Both the position numbers and the translations under genes were made by a program. A model generated the notes under the pieces. That model was not told where the DNA came from, made no database searches, and was given only the letters and a program-made list of their open reading frames with translations. A DNA stretch of 26,191 nucleotides, from the NCBI GenBank assembly GCA_043809315.1, contig JAZDDX010000037.1, forward strand, positions 1-26,191. The letters run 5' to 3'. The number at the start of each line of letters is the position of its first letter. The stretch's first letter is position 1. This stretch comes from Pseudomonadota bacterium (GTDB lineage Bacteria; Bdellovibrionota_G; JALEGL01; DATDPG01). This document shows, in pieces, positions 25,983 through 26,191 of this stretch.

Positions 25983-26191
25983 TTCAACGCCTGTGCGCAG
26001 GGGGTCGTTTCGGTCGATTCCGGAGAGACGTTCCAGTCGGCATTGAACGCCATCTTGAAATATTGAGCCGCATCGGGACTGTCGAGAAGGATCCCGAGTT
26101 CCCGGTTGTTCATGACGGAGTTCTGCGTTCCATTGATCGAACTCACGAGCGCGAACCGGTCGTCGGCGAGAAACCCCTTGTTGTGGATGAT
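25979..26191 (-). CDS. Phospholipase D superfamily protein, C-terminal fragment (5' part outside window)
   Basis: Not in the ORF track. Reverse-strand translation IIHNKGFLADDRFALVSSINGTQNSVMNNRELGILL...FNADW...ALN* contains the HxKxxxxD motif, SxN and NRE. Confidence 0.88.
   Translation of the reverse strand: MIHNKGFLADDRFALVSSINGTQNSVMNNRELGILLDSPDAAQYFKMAFNADWNVSPESTETTPCAQALN

Overview
GC-rich chromosomal window from a deltaproteobacterial-type organism. The Myxococcota/Bdellovibrionota-like assignment is inferred from gene order only. Left to right: (1) the 3' part of a porin-cytochrome operon (beta-barrel, 7-heme lipoprotein, 2-heme lipoprotein); (2) a long minus-strand block XRE-HTH, pilMNOPQ, orphan lipoprotein, TPR, mglC, accB, accC, sgmX-like TPR, ExeA-like ATPase and a 9-11-heme periplasmic cytochrome that converges on block 1; (3) a divergent 2-TM/HAMP-only gene; (4) ffh-rpsP-khpA-rimM-trmD-rplS followed by a membrane-anchored SMC/Rad50-like protein with degenerate ATPase motifs; (5) PIN-PhoH plus a small membrane ORF, divergent amgK/murU-like genes and the end of a phospholipase D gene. 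No rRNA, tRNA, CRISPR array or mobile element was seen. The most notable signals are an 18-20-heme candidate electron conduit attached to the type IV pilus/polarity locus, and the pseudo-ATPase SMC-like protein. Family assignments come from motif recognition and recalled synteny, not from database searches.
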